Shown here one piece after another: positions 32,735 through 44,817 of a DNA stretch of 64,000 nucleotides (the first letter of the stretch is position 1; the number at the start of each line of letters is the position of its first letter). Made by a program: the position numbers and the translations under genes. This stretch comes from Macrostomum hystrix (lineage: Eukaryota > Animalia > Platyhelminthes), in the NCBI GenBank assembly GCA_950097015.1, contig CATNEN010000032.1, positions 2,795,546 through 2,859,545 on the forward strand, given 5' to 3'. The notes under the pieces were generated by a model. The model did not search any database. It was given only the letters and a program-made list of their open reading frames with translations, and was not told the DNA's origin.

Positions 32735-35170
32735 TTATGTCATTCATGCTATCCATGCTATCATGCTATCATGCTATCCCCTCAATAAATCATTTAATCC
32801 TCTTTTAAAATGTGCTTTGCCCTCAAAGAATTATGTTATTTATAGGAAATCTCATGCTATATCTTAAAGAAATCGTGATATTCCCTGGATATCTAATGCT
32901 ATTCTCCACCAATTCCACGCCGTTTTCTTGATATCTCATGTATGCTATCCTTTGATATCTGGCGCAAATATTCTTAAGTTTCATGTTTTCCTTAGAAAAA
33001 TTTTTTTCATTAATTATGTACATTTTATGTACGCATAATTTTGCAGCAAAAATTTTACGATTGCAGCAATGCTCAAAACAAATTTCTCTAGTTTTGAATA
33101 TAAAAGGCGCTAACACGTACGCATGCTAAAAGAGTCTTCATTTAGTTTTGAATCGAATAACGCTTGAAGCGAATGCTCGTTAAAACGTGAACATTTAAAA
33201 GGAATAACGCTTCTAACTGTGCTCAACATATTTTCTTCTACACTTGTAGTTCTGAATCTGATAAAACTAAAAAAAGCAATGCTAAAAAATCATTCCTTAG
33301 TTTTAGTATCGAATAGCACTTGCTCCTACACTCGAAAAATCGTATATTCCTTTCTTACAGCGAGAAGAGTAATAATATAGCTAAAACTATTTACTTTAAC
33401 AGTAGCTAATCACAAGCGCTTACTACCAGGGTTGTGTCATAAATTCGCTAACAAACTTACATAGCGTCTGTTTCTTTTGTACTTTGGGGCAGAATTTTTT
33501 TATACAGACTAAGGCACCATCGATTTTATTGTCTATGGAAAATCTTCCCTCTGGCTTTTGAGACAAGGCAGAAATCGAGTGGGATTCAAACCACCCTTTT
33601 ATCCAGTATGGAGAAAAGTGAAGCTACCAAGCGCACTGTCATTTGGTCTTTGTGGAAGCAGCAGAAGAAGCAGGCTGATATTTACCGCGAGCTGCTGCAA
33701 ATCTTTAGCGAGGATGCACCTTCGAAATAAGCTGTGTCAAAGTGGGTGCAGCGCTTTGAGGACGGCTGGGAAACAGTTGATGATGCTCCCCGCCCAGGTG
33801 CACCGCGGTCATCCACTTCCAGTGACAACATCCAGCGTGTGCAGCATGCCCTGGACGATGATCGTGGAGCAACCCTGAGGCAGTTAGAGGACTTGTTGGA
33901 GATACAAATGAAGAGCATTCATCGCATCATCTCCGACCATCTGCATATGACACGAGTTGTTGCACGATGGGTCCCTAAACTGCTGACTCCTGTCCAACTG
34001 CAAGAGAGGGTCCAGATGTGCCGCCACCTACTCAACGCCTATCAAAACGAGCCCGACTTTCTTGGCCGCCTGGTGACTGGTGATGAAACGTGGTTTCACC
34101 TCTACGAACCAGAAACGAAACGGCAGAGCAGCGTCTGGAAGGCTACTCACGAACCCCCACCGGTCAAGGCCAAGGCGGTGCAGTCAGCAGGTAAGCGCAT
34201 GGCCACCGTGTTCTGGGACAGAGAAGGCATCTTGCTGATCGAGTGGCTACCTGAAGGCAGAACCATCAATGCCCAGTACTACTGTGAAATATTGGAACGG
34301 CTGCGTGAGAAGATCAAGAGTGAGCGTCGGGGAAGGATCACCAGGGGCATTGTGCTGCAGCAGGACAACGCCAGGCCGCATACCTGCAATGCAACTATGG
34401 ATGTCATCAGGAGACTAGGCTTCGAGTTGCTGCCTCACCCTGCCTATTCTCCTGACCTGGCCCCCAGTGACTACTGGTTGTTCCCTAAAATGAAAGAGCC
34501 TCTTCGTCGCCATCTCTATGGAAGCCTTTCTGCACTCAGCTCGGCCATCAGCCAGTGGGTACGAGGGACCCCCACCGAATTCTTCGCCCAGGGCATCAGC
34601 AAGCTGCCAGAGAGATGGCACAAATGTGTGCAGCTTGGGGTGACTATGTTGAGAAGTGCAATGTTGACAATTAGCTGTTCTTTGTTTTGTTTCTTTGATA
34701 TCTGCAGTTGTCAGCGAATTTGACACAACCCTCGTTTTTATACCAAAAAGCCAAATAAATAAAAATAACTATAAACACGAACTTACGTTTTTAACATTTG
34801 ATTCAACTCGTAGACGATAAGAAGAAAAAGAAGTAGTAACAAAACTGATGTTGAAATTCGACCTGCATTCTGCAAAATAATTAAAGTTCGTTACTTCGGA
34901 GCTAGATGAAAAGAATTGAGCATCATACGAGTAAAAGCCCAATCATTGAAATCTGCCATGTGCGTTTTTCGCTCAATCATACAAGAGACCTATATCACTA
35001 TCGCCATATACTCGTATAAACGCACGTACGGGTGCTAAAAGCAGTGACGCAATCCCATTCAATTAACGGTATAAGTCTCTCTGTTCTGCTTACACACTCG
35101 CGGGCGAGAAAAGCAGTGTTGCCATCTCATTCAATTGAGAGTATCGGCCCTGTTCTGTGCTAAATCTATC
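32735..35170 (-). mobile_element. Partial inverted copy of the Helitron-like non-autonomous repeat, interrupted by a mariner
   Basis: 33380-33425 and 34735-35165 are reverse complements of blocks in 39880-40380 (e.g. cgcacgtacgggt, gtagctaatca.aagcgcttacta); atgctatc units at 32735-32790 are the inverted minisatellite. Confidence 0.75.
33426..34734 (+). mobile_element. Mariner (DD34D) DNA transposon, 1309 bp, transposase inactivated
   Basis: ~28-bp TIRs C(C/G)AGGGTTGTGTCA..AATTCGCT(A/G)ACA; left TA target; transposase from ATG 33608 with GDETW, QDNARPH and YSPDLAPSDY (34 residues between D2 and D3); in-frame TAA at codon 41 and a 1-bp deletion near the C-terminus. Confidence 0.95.
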
Positions 35171-36700
35171 TGAGCCTCTTCATTGCTCACATCGCTCCAG
35201 CAATTTACCTTCAAGCCTTTACCCTGCCCAGGGACATTACGACGTCCCTGAAGCACCTACCCTTAGGAGTAAGGAACACCCCTCCACCAGAGGACAAGGA
35301 GGTGCGACTTGATCTCCTAATCGGTAACGACTATGCTCAACGCCTCCTCGGTCCAAGTGTCGGTGCCATACCACTGCACCCAAGTTTTACTGCGCATCTA
35401 ACTCCTTTTGGAACCATTCTAACGGGCTCTCTCGATAATCCCACCAACCTAATTTCGGACACTATCCTCAGCAACTCCTTTTTTGTCAGTCTCAGTCGGA
35501 CAATCTCGAACGGCTCGTGGATCGAATGACCAGTCTTGAGATCCTCGGTTTAGAGCAGAGCACTGATCTCCCCATTGTCCCGGCCGATGAGCTGACTACC
35601 CAGCTTCTTGCGACTGCCACACGCCAGCAGGACGGCCGGTTTTCAGTCGCTTTCCTTTTAAAACAGGAGCAGAAAATCTTCCATCAAACTTTGCTAAGCC
35701 TTTGGTCGCGCTCAGTTGGTACACAACCGGTTGACTCAGGAGCAGCGCACGAAATACTATGCTGAGTTCGACAAGCGCAAGGTCGAAGGTGTCCTCGAAC
35801 TAGTCGACAGACAACAGCCTAACGGCCGAATCATTCACGTGCTGCCTCACTTCCCGGTCATAAAAGAGTCATCTAACACCACCAAGATCAGACCAGTTGT
35901 AGACGCCTCCTCTCCGACATCCTACGGTGGCCTCTGTCTGAATGATCTACTAGAGACTGGGCCTAACCTACTTACCACCCTGCTTCAAGTGCAGCTACGT
36001 CTTCGTGTTTTCCGACATGTATGTGTGAGTGACCTTCAGTCAGCATTCTATCAAATCCTGGTTCATCCGGAGTGTCGCGACGCTCTAAGAATCATACTCC
36101 CAGAGGACATTACCAAGACCTCTCACCAAGGAAAGTCTACAGCTCTGGCGTTTTACTCGCATTGTAATGGGTGCCAGCCCATCACCGTGGATCTTACTCG
36201 CAATACTGAAAAACTGTGCCACGATGCCTCCGTGAGCAACAAATTTGGCCTCACACCGAACGAGGCTAAAGCAATACCTGCTGGCTTGTATATGGACAAC
36301 CTAGTAATGGGCTATGATCATCAAGAAGACGGCCCGCGTTTAGTCGCTGGCCTTGCTGCTCTGTTCCGTTCGGCCTGTTTCCACCTTCGAGAGTTCGCGG
36401 CTAGCGACCCGACGTCACTCTGCCAGCTTCCTGCGGCAGACGTCATCAATGATCCAATACTTCGAAATCTTGGAATCGCCTGGGACACAACCAAGGATAC
36501 CCTCCAGCTTGTTAAGCCAAGCGTCTCACCAGATCTAAATCTATCTCGGGCGAGTCTGCTAAGCGCAATCTCCAAGCCATACGATCCATTCGGCTACGCC
36601 GCCCCACTCTTGCTCGCTGGTCGTCTCCTCTTCCACACGCATTCAACTCTCAAGCACCCTGGAATCAACCAACTGACGCACCCACAAACTTGGGTGCGTC
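35170..36700 (+). mobile_element. Second, distinct BEL/Pao pol fragment (RT region), no LTRs
   Basis: LDLLIGND, LPHFPVIKESSNTTKIRPVVDAS, LNDLLETGPNL, SDLQSAFYQI, YMDNL, LGIAWD, YDPFGYAAP. Confidence 0.85.
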
Positions 36701-36714
36701 AAGATGCTTCAAGT

Positions 36715-37190
36715 TTGAATAATCTTCAAGAATTATTGAAGGGGAAGAATGAATCAGGTAGGCAGCAATTATTAACGAGAGGGAAGCATGAATTAACTAG
36801 GTTAAAGAATTAATTATCAAGGGGATAGCACGAATTTTCGAGGGGTAAGCAAGCTCTATCGAGGGATTATATGATATATATATGTAAGGGATAGCATGAT
36901 TTATCAAGGAGATATCTCAACAAGTATATATTCAAGTCGAATATTTTAGATGATTTTTCTTCTCATGGCTTTAAAACGTGATTTTCTTCCCCCGCTTTTA
37001 ATCATGATTAGCATGATGTTACAAGGGATAGCATGATTAATTAAGGGTGTAGCATAAATTATTTACCGGACAGTACAAGTTATCGAGGAAACAGCAAGTA
37101 TTAGTGAGGGAAATTCATCAAATGTTGAGAGTAGCACGATTGGGTAGCAAAAAATACCGAGGGGTAGCAAGCTTTGTCGAGGGCGTAGCA
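36715..37190 (+). repeat. Degenerate ~21-bp minisatellite block of the Helitron-like repeat family
   Basis: Matches 30900-31080 (tagtgaggga..ttcatcaaatgttgaga) and 42360-42445. Confidence 0.8.
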
Positions 37191-37197
37191 AATGCAG

Positions 37198-39417
37198 AAA
37201 TTCAAATGCAGAACCGATTAAACGCAAGCAAGTGCAGAAAATGTCACACGAATTGTCGAATGGTCAACTGGCACGGCCCTTCGGCTCGCGTGGCCAATGG
37301 TAGAGCAAGTCCACTTCTAACCAAACCAAATTCGCAACAGCCATTGCGATAGTATAAACATACTTGATCAGGATCAGGATCAGGATCACCCTAAAAGCTA
37401 GATTTTCATCTCAAGAATTATGTCTCCGTTGCTGCTCCTGTTGCTGCTGGTGCCGTCATTGGCTCCGCTGATTGCGCGCGATCGCCAGTACATCCTCGTA
37501 TTGGACGCCGGCAGCACCGGAACTCGCATCAACGTGTTCGCGTTCCGCTCTGACCTCAACCACTCCACCGGGCTGCGCATCGAGAGCCTTGAAAAAAAGA
37601 AAGTCAACCCGGGCCTGTCCGCATTTGCGAACGCGCTCTCGCGCCTGCGCCAGAACCTCAAGCCGCTGTTGGACTTCGCCGCAGCTAAGGTGCCGGCAGA
37701 ATACCACTCCCAGACTGCCGCCATTGTGCGGGCTACGGCCGGACTGCGTTTGCTGACACTCGACCAGCGAGATCGCGTCATCCGCGCTGTCGCCGAGGTT
37801 CTCCGCCGCTCCACCTTCAAAGTGCCAGACAGTGACCGGCGCGCGGTGCGCGTCATCAGCGGCCAGGAGGAGGCCGAGTACGGCTGGGTGGCCGTCAACT
37901 TTCTTATGGACTCCTTCGACAAGCCCGGCGGCGATACCTATGGCATGCTGGACTTGGGCGGTGGCTCCACGCAGATCACATTTGTACCGAAGGCTGACGA
38001 TACGGCCGACTCCTACCGAGTGGTGTTTAAAACGGTGCGCGGCAGGTCTTATTCTCTGCACGAGCACAGCTACCTGGGCTTGGGCATGTCGCAGGCCTCT
38101 CTGTACATGTTCGGCCACAACAGCAGCGTGGAGGCTTCGCTGCCGTTGTACACGTCACCGTGTCTCAACCCGGACTTTCGCGCCGAATTCAGCTTCGGCA
38201 CCGTCTCGATCAACGTCTCCGGAGAGGCCGGAGTTGCCAGTTCCGATCGGCACCGGCTGTGCTCGGACGTCGCCCGCATTCCGCTGCGCATTGTGCCAGT
38301 GCACCAGCCGCCGGGCATCAATGTCGCCAGATTCGTGGCTGTCAGCTCATTTTACTACACGGCTGCCATGCTGAGTAAAGGGGGCTATTTGACAAACAGC
38401 ATACCTGGCAATGCTAGGATTAGTGACTTGGCTTCGGCAGCTGAGAGGGTGTGCCTCAATCCTCCAGTGGTGGGAAAGTACGAGCCATACCTGTGCATGA
38501 ACACTCTGTACATTGTTACTCTGCTGCGCGAGGGCTACCGATTTGAGGCCAACCAGAGCCTTTTACTCACTGACAGCATCAGGGGCTACTCGGCCAGCTG
38601 GCCGCTGGGCATCGCTACTCATCAGCTGAACTGTCGCGACCGCAACAGCCTGGCCTGCCTGGGCAGCTCCGCTCAGCCCAGTGTTTTGGCTGCCCGGGTG
38701 TAGCAGCCGGTGACGCTGCTGCTCTCGCTGGCGACGCTGCTACCCAGACTGTTCTGATTGGAGGGCAGATTTGCGCCATCGATCATATCACTCTTCGGGT
38801 TTATTTAATGTGAAACCCATATTAGGCTTAAAAAATAAACTCTTGTCAGCAAACATCAGACTCACTGGATTTTCCTACAAACACTTAAAAAAGAAAAACA
38901 CTTTTGAACGACGACGAACGTGAGTTTCGTAGCTTCAACCTAAAATTAAAGCATCATTATTACAGAAAATCTAGAACTTAAAACACAGACACTCCTTGAA
39001 CTACTAAATCAGACTTTTGAACTTTTAGATTCATTTTTATTTATGTTTTTATAATGAGATTTTCCTTCAGAATTTCCGGCAGAGATACCTGACTTCATTT
39101 GCATTTTCCTACGGTCCAATGGTTCTGGAGTGAGCAGTTTTCAATTCGCCTGACAGATTCAGAGATTGCACAAAAATTCAATCAATCAACTAATCAGTGC
39201 ATGACTTGATCAATTCATCAAGTCGACGGTCGATCTCCGAGGCACTACAGTTGAATCTGTATCATTTTTTAGCTTTTCAGCTTTTCACCTCATACCGAAG
39301 TTCTGTCTCCATGGAAAACTGCTTTCAATTCGGCAACGATGTCAGCCACACGGTACGTCTACTTCGTCCAAGTCATCTTGCTTGCCCTGTCTTTCCTAAC
39401 TCGATCGCCAGTTCTTG
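37198..39417 (+). repeat. Segmental duplication copy B (contains NTPDase B)
   Basis: Colinear with 21267..23790. Confidence 0.92.
37420..38703 (+). CDS. Intronless GDA1/CD39-family NTPDase, copy B, 427 aa, lacking the last 18 residues of the hydrophobic tail
   Basis: All five ACR motifs intact; TTG->TAG at 38701-38703; the ancestral tail and TGA (38755-38757) are still readable downstream. Confidence 0.93.
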   Translation: MSPLLLLLLLVPSLAPLIARDRQYILVLDAGSTGTRINVFAFRSDLNHSTGLRIESLEKKKVNPGLSAFANALSRLRQNLKPLLDFAAAKVPAEYHSQTAAIVRATAGLRLLTLDQRDRVIRAVAEVLRRSTFKVPDSDRRAVRVISGQEEAEYGWVAVNFLMDSFDKPGGDTYGMLDLGGGSTQITFVPKADDTADSYRVVFKTVRGRSYSLHEHSYLGLGMSQASLYMFGHNSSVEASLPLYTSPCLNPDFRAEFSFGTVSINVSGEAGVASSDRHRLCSDVARIPLRIVPVHQPPGINVARFVAVSSFYYTAAMLSKGGYLTNSIPGNARISDLASAAERVCLNPPVVGKYEPYLCMNTLYIVTLLREGYRFEANQSLLLTDSIRGYSASWPLGIATHQLNCRDRNSLACLGSSAQPSVLAARV

Positions 39418-39452
39418 ATTTCATTATATATTTTACGAAATATTTTTTGCAT

Positions 39453-42400
39453 TCTATCTACGTATACTAAATCTCTAATCATAGTTTATTCTTACAAACG
39501 CTAGCGTTTGCAAAATGGCTGATAGCAAGAAGGCTATCAATTCCTACTATACAAAATGTATTGAGTTTGTATAAAAACTATATATATAAATAATAATAAA
39601 AAAAATTAAAATAATAATAAAAAAGTATAAATATAATATACTTTTGTGGCGCTTTATCGTTTAAACTATTTGACCAATTTTTATCGTGTTTTCACAAAAA
39701 AGTGCCAATTCATCTAAGGATTAGACTGATCAAATTTCATCATGCCGTCTCAATGCCAAGGGTATTAAATATTCGAAAAACGAGTTTTCTGATTGCTTTC
39801 AATTGGGGGCCAGACAAGGTTAAATTAGAATAGGGCCGGACACTCAGTTTCATTAGATTGCATCTGTGCTTTTTTTCGCGTGCATTGATATAGCACAGAA
39901 CAGGGCCGATACTCTCAACTGAATAGGATTGCGTCACTGCTTTTGGAACCCGTACGTGCGTTTATAAATTTTTCTTTTGGCTGATTGAGTGATTTGATTT
40001 GAATAAGGAAACGTACATAGCAGATTTGTCTTTAATGATGCTCAATGCTAGCGAGACCTCTTCTGAAAACTGCAGCCTCTTTAATGTCAAACCCTAGCTG
40101 TCTCGAATTCGATCATCGTGCCGCTTTCTTTTCATCTAGCTCCGAAGTAAAGTACTATTATTATTTTGCAGAATGCATATCGAATGTGAGCATCAGTTTT
40201 GTTACTGCTTCTTTTTCTTCTAATCTTCAATCATCAACAGTTTAAAACGCTAGTTCGTGTTTATAAGTATTTTTTATTGGGTATTTTTGGGCTCGAGTAT
40301 AATTAGTAAGCGCTTTTGATTAGCTACTGTCTAAGCAGATATTTGTTAGATCTATTATTACTGTTCATTATTTGAGAAAAGAATGTAAGTTTTTTTGAGT
40401 GAAGCAGCAGGTTTTATCCGATACTAAAACTAAGGAAAGTTTTTTTAGCATAGCTGCAAGCGTTATTAAATTCAGAACTGCAACAAGAAATATTGAGCAT
40501 AGCCAAGAGCGACGTAATTCATTTCTAATTTTAATATTTTTTTCAAGCATTGCTTCAGCGTTATTATATTTAAAAATATTTTTTTTAATAATCATAATTG
40601 TAATAATTTATTCGAGGACGACTGATCGAGCATTAACGAGCATTACAGTATAAAAACGTATGCGTACGGTTCGTAAAAGTTTATTGTTATTTTTTCTTAT
40701 GTTTTTGGGTACAACTAACTGTAAGAGCTATTAATTAGCTACTGTAAAAAATAAAATATTTTTTGTGTAGCAGCAAGTTTTATTCGATACAAAACTGAGT
40801 AAAGAATTTGCGAGCATTTCTGCCTGCGTTTTTATAGATTCTAAACTATAAGAAAAGACCTTGAGCAAAGCTATTCGCGAAGCTCATTATAAAATTTGAA
40901 GTTTTTTTAAGCATTCTTGCAAGCAATATTCAAAAGGAAAAAAAATGTATGAAGACTGCTTGAGCATATGTCGCTGTTGAAACTTTGTTTGTATCCCAAA
41001 CTAACAAAACTTTCCAGCATACAGCTGCAATCGTAATCAGATTCAGAACAAGAAAAATATATATTGAGCATAGCTAAAAGCGTTATTCTTTTTTGTTTTA
41101 ACTATTTTTCAAGCATTTTTTTCATGCTTTATCGATTCAAAAATTAAATAAAACTAAAGAAAATTGTTTCGAGCATTTGCTGTAATCGTTATTAGATTAC
41201 AAAATAGGAGACAGTGCATTACATTAGCAGGGAAGTAATGATTGTTTTTTTCTATTTTGAAAGCATAATAATTCGAATGAGAACATGAGACTTGTTATAC
41301 CAAATAAATTGCATGGAATTTGTGGGAAAAAGCATTTGATACCCAGGGAATATCTTGATTTCTTGACATGAATGCAAGAGATTTCCAAGAGAAAGAATGA
41401 TATTTTCAGGTGATCGCATAATGCTTTCAGGCTAGGGTAATGTTTTAGGACGATAGAAGGAATTATTAAAGACGGTAGCATGATTATCGAAGGTGTAGCA
41501 TGAATTTTTGAGGAGAAAGCATGAAATGACGAGTGAAAGGAATTAATTATCAAGGGGAAAGCATGGCTTATCGAGAGGGCCGCATGAATTATCGTGGGGG
41601 TTGCATAACTTATAGAGGAGGAGCATGACTTATCGAGGGGGAGCATGAACTATCAACGGGGAAGCATGAATTATCGTTAGGAAAACATGACTTATCGAGA
41701 GTGTAGCATGAGTCATCAGGACTGGTTGTCTAAATTATCCAGGGGGAAGCATGAATTGTCGAGGGGGTAGCATGAAATATTGAGGGGGTAGCATGATTTA
41801 TCGATGTATAGTCCTAACTTTGCGGGTAGCATAAGTTATCGAGGGGTAGAATAAATTATTAAGGGGTAGCTTGATTTATTAAGGGGAGCATGAATTATCG
41901 AGAGGAAGCAGGAATTATCTGAGGTTAGCATGAACTATCGAGGGGAGGAGCAGGAATTATCGAGGGAAATAAAAAGTTATCGAGGGGAAGAATAAATTAT
42001 CGAGGGGAAGCATGAATTATCAAAAGGGAAAGTGCAGTGAAATATCGAACATGATCCATCGAGGGAAAAGCATGATCCATCTGGGGAAAAGCATAATGCA
42101 TAATATATCACGTCTGCGAAACGATATATCGAGGGAGTAGCATGAATTATCGATGGGAAAGCATGAATTATCGATGGGAAATCATGAATTATCGATGGGA
42201 AAGGCTGAATTATCGAGGGGAAGCATATATTTACGATGGGGAGCCTGAATTATTATGGGGAAAGCATAAATTGAGGGAGTAGGATAAATTATAGAGGGGG
42301 TAGCAAGCTTTGTCAAAGGATAGCATGATATGTCAAAGGGGTAGTATTACTCATCAAGGAGATATCAAGAAAAGATAATCATAATATAGAAGTTGCATAT

Positions 42401-42467
42401 TTTAAATTATTCTTCTTTCCTGGCTGTAAAGCGTGATTTGCTTCCATCAAAGGGGGTGGGTTGCTAG
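39453..42467 (+). mobile_element. ~3-kb non-coding repeat element with Helitron-like ends and internal tandem arrays
   Basis: Begins TCTATCTACGTATACTAAAT and ends GGGTTGCTAG followed by T; contains ~45-bp degenerate units (40400-41220) and the ~21-bp minisatellite (41440-42360); related copies elsewhere in the window. The subterminal hairpin is weak, so the Helitron class is inferred. Confidence 0.6.
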
Positions 42468-44440
42468 TCTTCTATCTTCTACCTATGCTAAATGTCTAAT
42501 CTAAATCTGTACAAGCGCTGCAGAGAAACAATGGCTAGAACAATTTTTATCGTGTTTTCACCAAAAAGTGTCAATTCCTCCAAGGATTAGACCGATCAAA
42601 TTTCATCATTCCGTCTCAATGCCAAGGGTATTAAATATTTCGAAAAACAAGTTTTCCTATTCCTAGGGCCGGACACTGACAATTTTATTGCATCTGTGCT
42701 TTTTTTCGCGTGCATTGAGATTGCACAGAACAGGGCCCGATACTCTCAACTGAATAGAATTGCGTCACTGCTTTTGGAACCCGTACGTGCGTTAATAAAT
42801 TTTTCTTTTGGCTGATTGAGTGATTTGATTTGAATAAGTAAAACGTACGAGTACATATCAGATTGGGCTTTTATGATGCTCAATGCTAGCGAGACCTCTA
42901 CTGCTCCTTTCAATCCATAATCCATTTCAGCCTTTATATTGTCAAACCCGGTGATGATTGTCGGCGATATGGAGAGTACTTCCGTGCTTGCCAATCCCTA
43001 TCTAACACTCCGTCAGCAGTTGGCCAGACGTACCGAGCTCAGCGCAAGCTACTTATTGACGTGGGATTGAGTGTGGGGTTTTCTTCGACTAGCTAGTTGG
43101 ACCGGTTTACCTGTCCCGGTATCTATTACTAGGATGCGTAACAACGATTGCAACGAAAGACGCACGAAAATACACACGAAAAGACACACGACGATAGAAT
43201 CAAAATGACAACGCAATAGTCAGTTATATAGTCAAGCGCCCGCCCCAACCCTCATCAAGGCCTGGGTGCCGGCCGCGCCGCTTGTTCTTCTGCCAGGTCG
43301 ACCCTGCCGTTTAACGAACTGGCTGCTGATTGGCCCGGCCCGGGGTATCGCGCTTAAGTCGGTTCGCATCAATTTGGCTAGCCGTCCTCCTATTGGCTGG
43401 GCCCACCAGACCGGGGTTAGTCCGACGCCTTGGCTGTAGAGCAGGGTGACCGGCTGATCGCGTGCATAGGCCTGGCTGGCGCGCACGTACAAAAACAACC
43501 CTATAACATACATTATAATAATTCATTGATGTTGAGTGCGCGAATATGTTACTTCAAGTAGAAATATACGCATTATAAAATAAACATGCCGACACTACAG
43601 CGTTGCTGCAACTTTTATCATATTCAGAAATCTAAAAAAATTGTTGAGCACAGCTACAAGCGTTATAAATTTTTTATTTTAACATTTTTTCAAGCCTTGC
43701 TTCAAGCGTTATTCGATTAAAAACTTAATGAAGACTGTTCGAGCATGCGTAGCTTCTACCGTTATTCGATGCTAAAACTAAGGAAAAGTTTTTTGAGTAT
43801 AGCTGCATGCGTTATCAGATGCAGAACTAGAACTATGTTTAGCATTGCTAAAAGCGATATTCATTTTTTAAACAATTTTTTTCAAGCATTGCTTTAAGCG
43901 TTATTCAATTTAAAACTTAATGAAGACTGATAGGGCATACGTAGCTTTTAGCATCATTTTTTTAAACTTAAGAAAACCGTTTTGAGCATTGCTGCAATCG
44001 ATATTACGCTCGTAGATTCAAGACTAAGAGAAAAATGTAACCAACAACGAGTGGCGAAATTCTTTTTAACATTACATTTTTAAATTATGCGTTTTTAGCA
44101 GAGAAGCAATCTTTGTTTTTCCATAGAAGCCAAATTCTTATTTCGATTTCTTATAGAGATAGCATGAGATTTCCAGGAGAAAAAAGAAATTTCTACGGGA
44201 TAAAATAATGCTTTGAAGGTATTTCAGATTTTTTCAAGAGGATCGCATGTTTATAGAGTGGGATAGCATGTTTTTCTCGAAGGAGTAGCATGAATTATCG
44301 ACGGAATAGCATAAATTATCGAAGATGAAGCATGAATTATCGAAGGGAAGCATGAATTATCGAAGGGAAGCATGAATTATCGAAGGGAAGCATGAATTAT
44401 CAAAAGGGAAAGTGTGAAATATCGAGGGGAAGAATAACTT
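42468..44440 (+). mobile_element. Second tandem copy of the Helitron-like repeat, interrupted (about 42900-43560) and 3'-truncated
   Basis: 42471-42900 aligns with 39453-40060 (caatttttatcgtgttttcac, ccgtctcaatgccaagggtattaaatatt, acccgtacgtgcg); 43570-44440 aligns with the middle and minisatellite parts. Confidence 0.7.
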
Positions 44441-44448
44441 AGCGAGAG

Positions 44449-44480
44449 TAACTTAACTTAACTTAACTTAACTTAACTTA
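44449..44480. repeat. (TAACT)n microsatellite
   Basis: About 6 perfect 5-bp units. Confidence 0.95.
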
Positions 44481-44580
44481 CCGGCCGTTAACTGCTTTCT
44501 ACACTCCGAGCGGCTTGATGCAGTCAGGCAACATGCTGTCAGCCTTCTGCGCGGCCAGCTGGGACATTCTGCTGCCCTAC

Positions 44581-44797
44581 CGTTTTCTAAATGTGTCCAA
44601 CAGTTTTCTAAATGTGTCCAACAGTTTTCTAAATGTGTCCAACGGTTTTCTAAATGTGTCCAACAGTTTTCTAAATGTGTCCAACGGTTTTCTAAATGTG
44701 TCCAACAGTTTTCTAAATGTGTCCAACGGTTTTCTAAATGTGTCCAACGGTTTTCTAAATGTGTCCAACAGTTTTCTAAATGTGTCCAACAGTTTTC
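44581..44797. repeat. 21-bp minisatellite, ~10 copies
   Basis: Unit gttttctaaatgtgtccaac(a/g). Confidence 0.97.
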
Positions 44798-44817
44798 TAC
44801 ATTGGTAGACGGGACAT

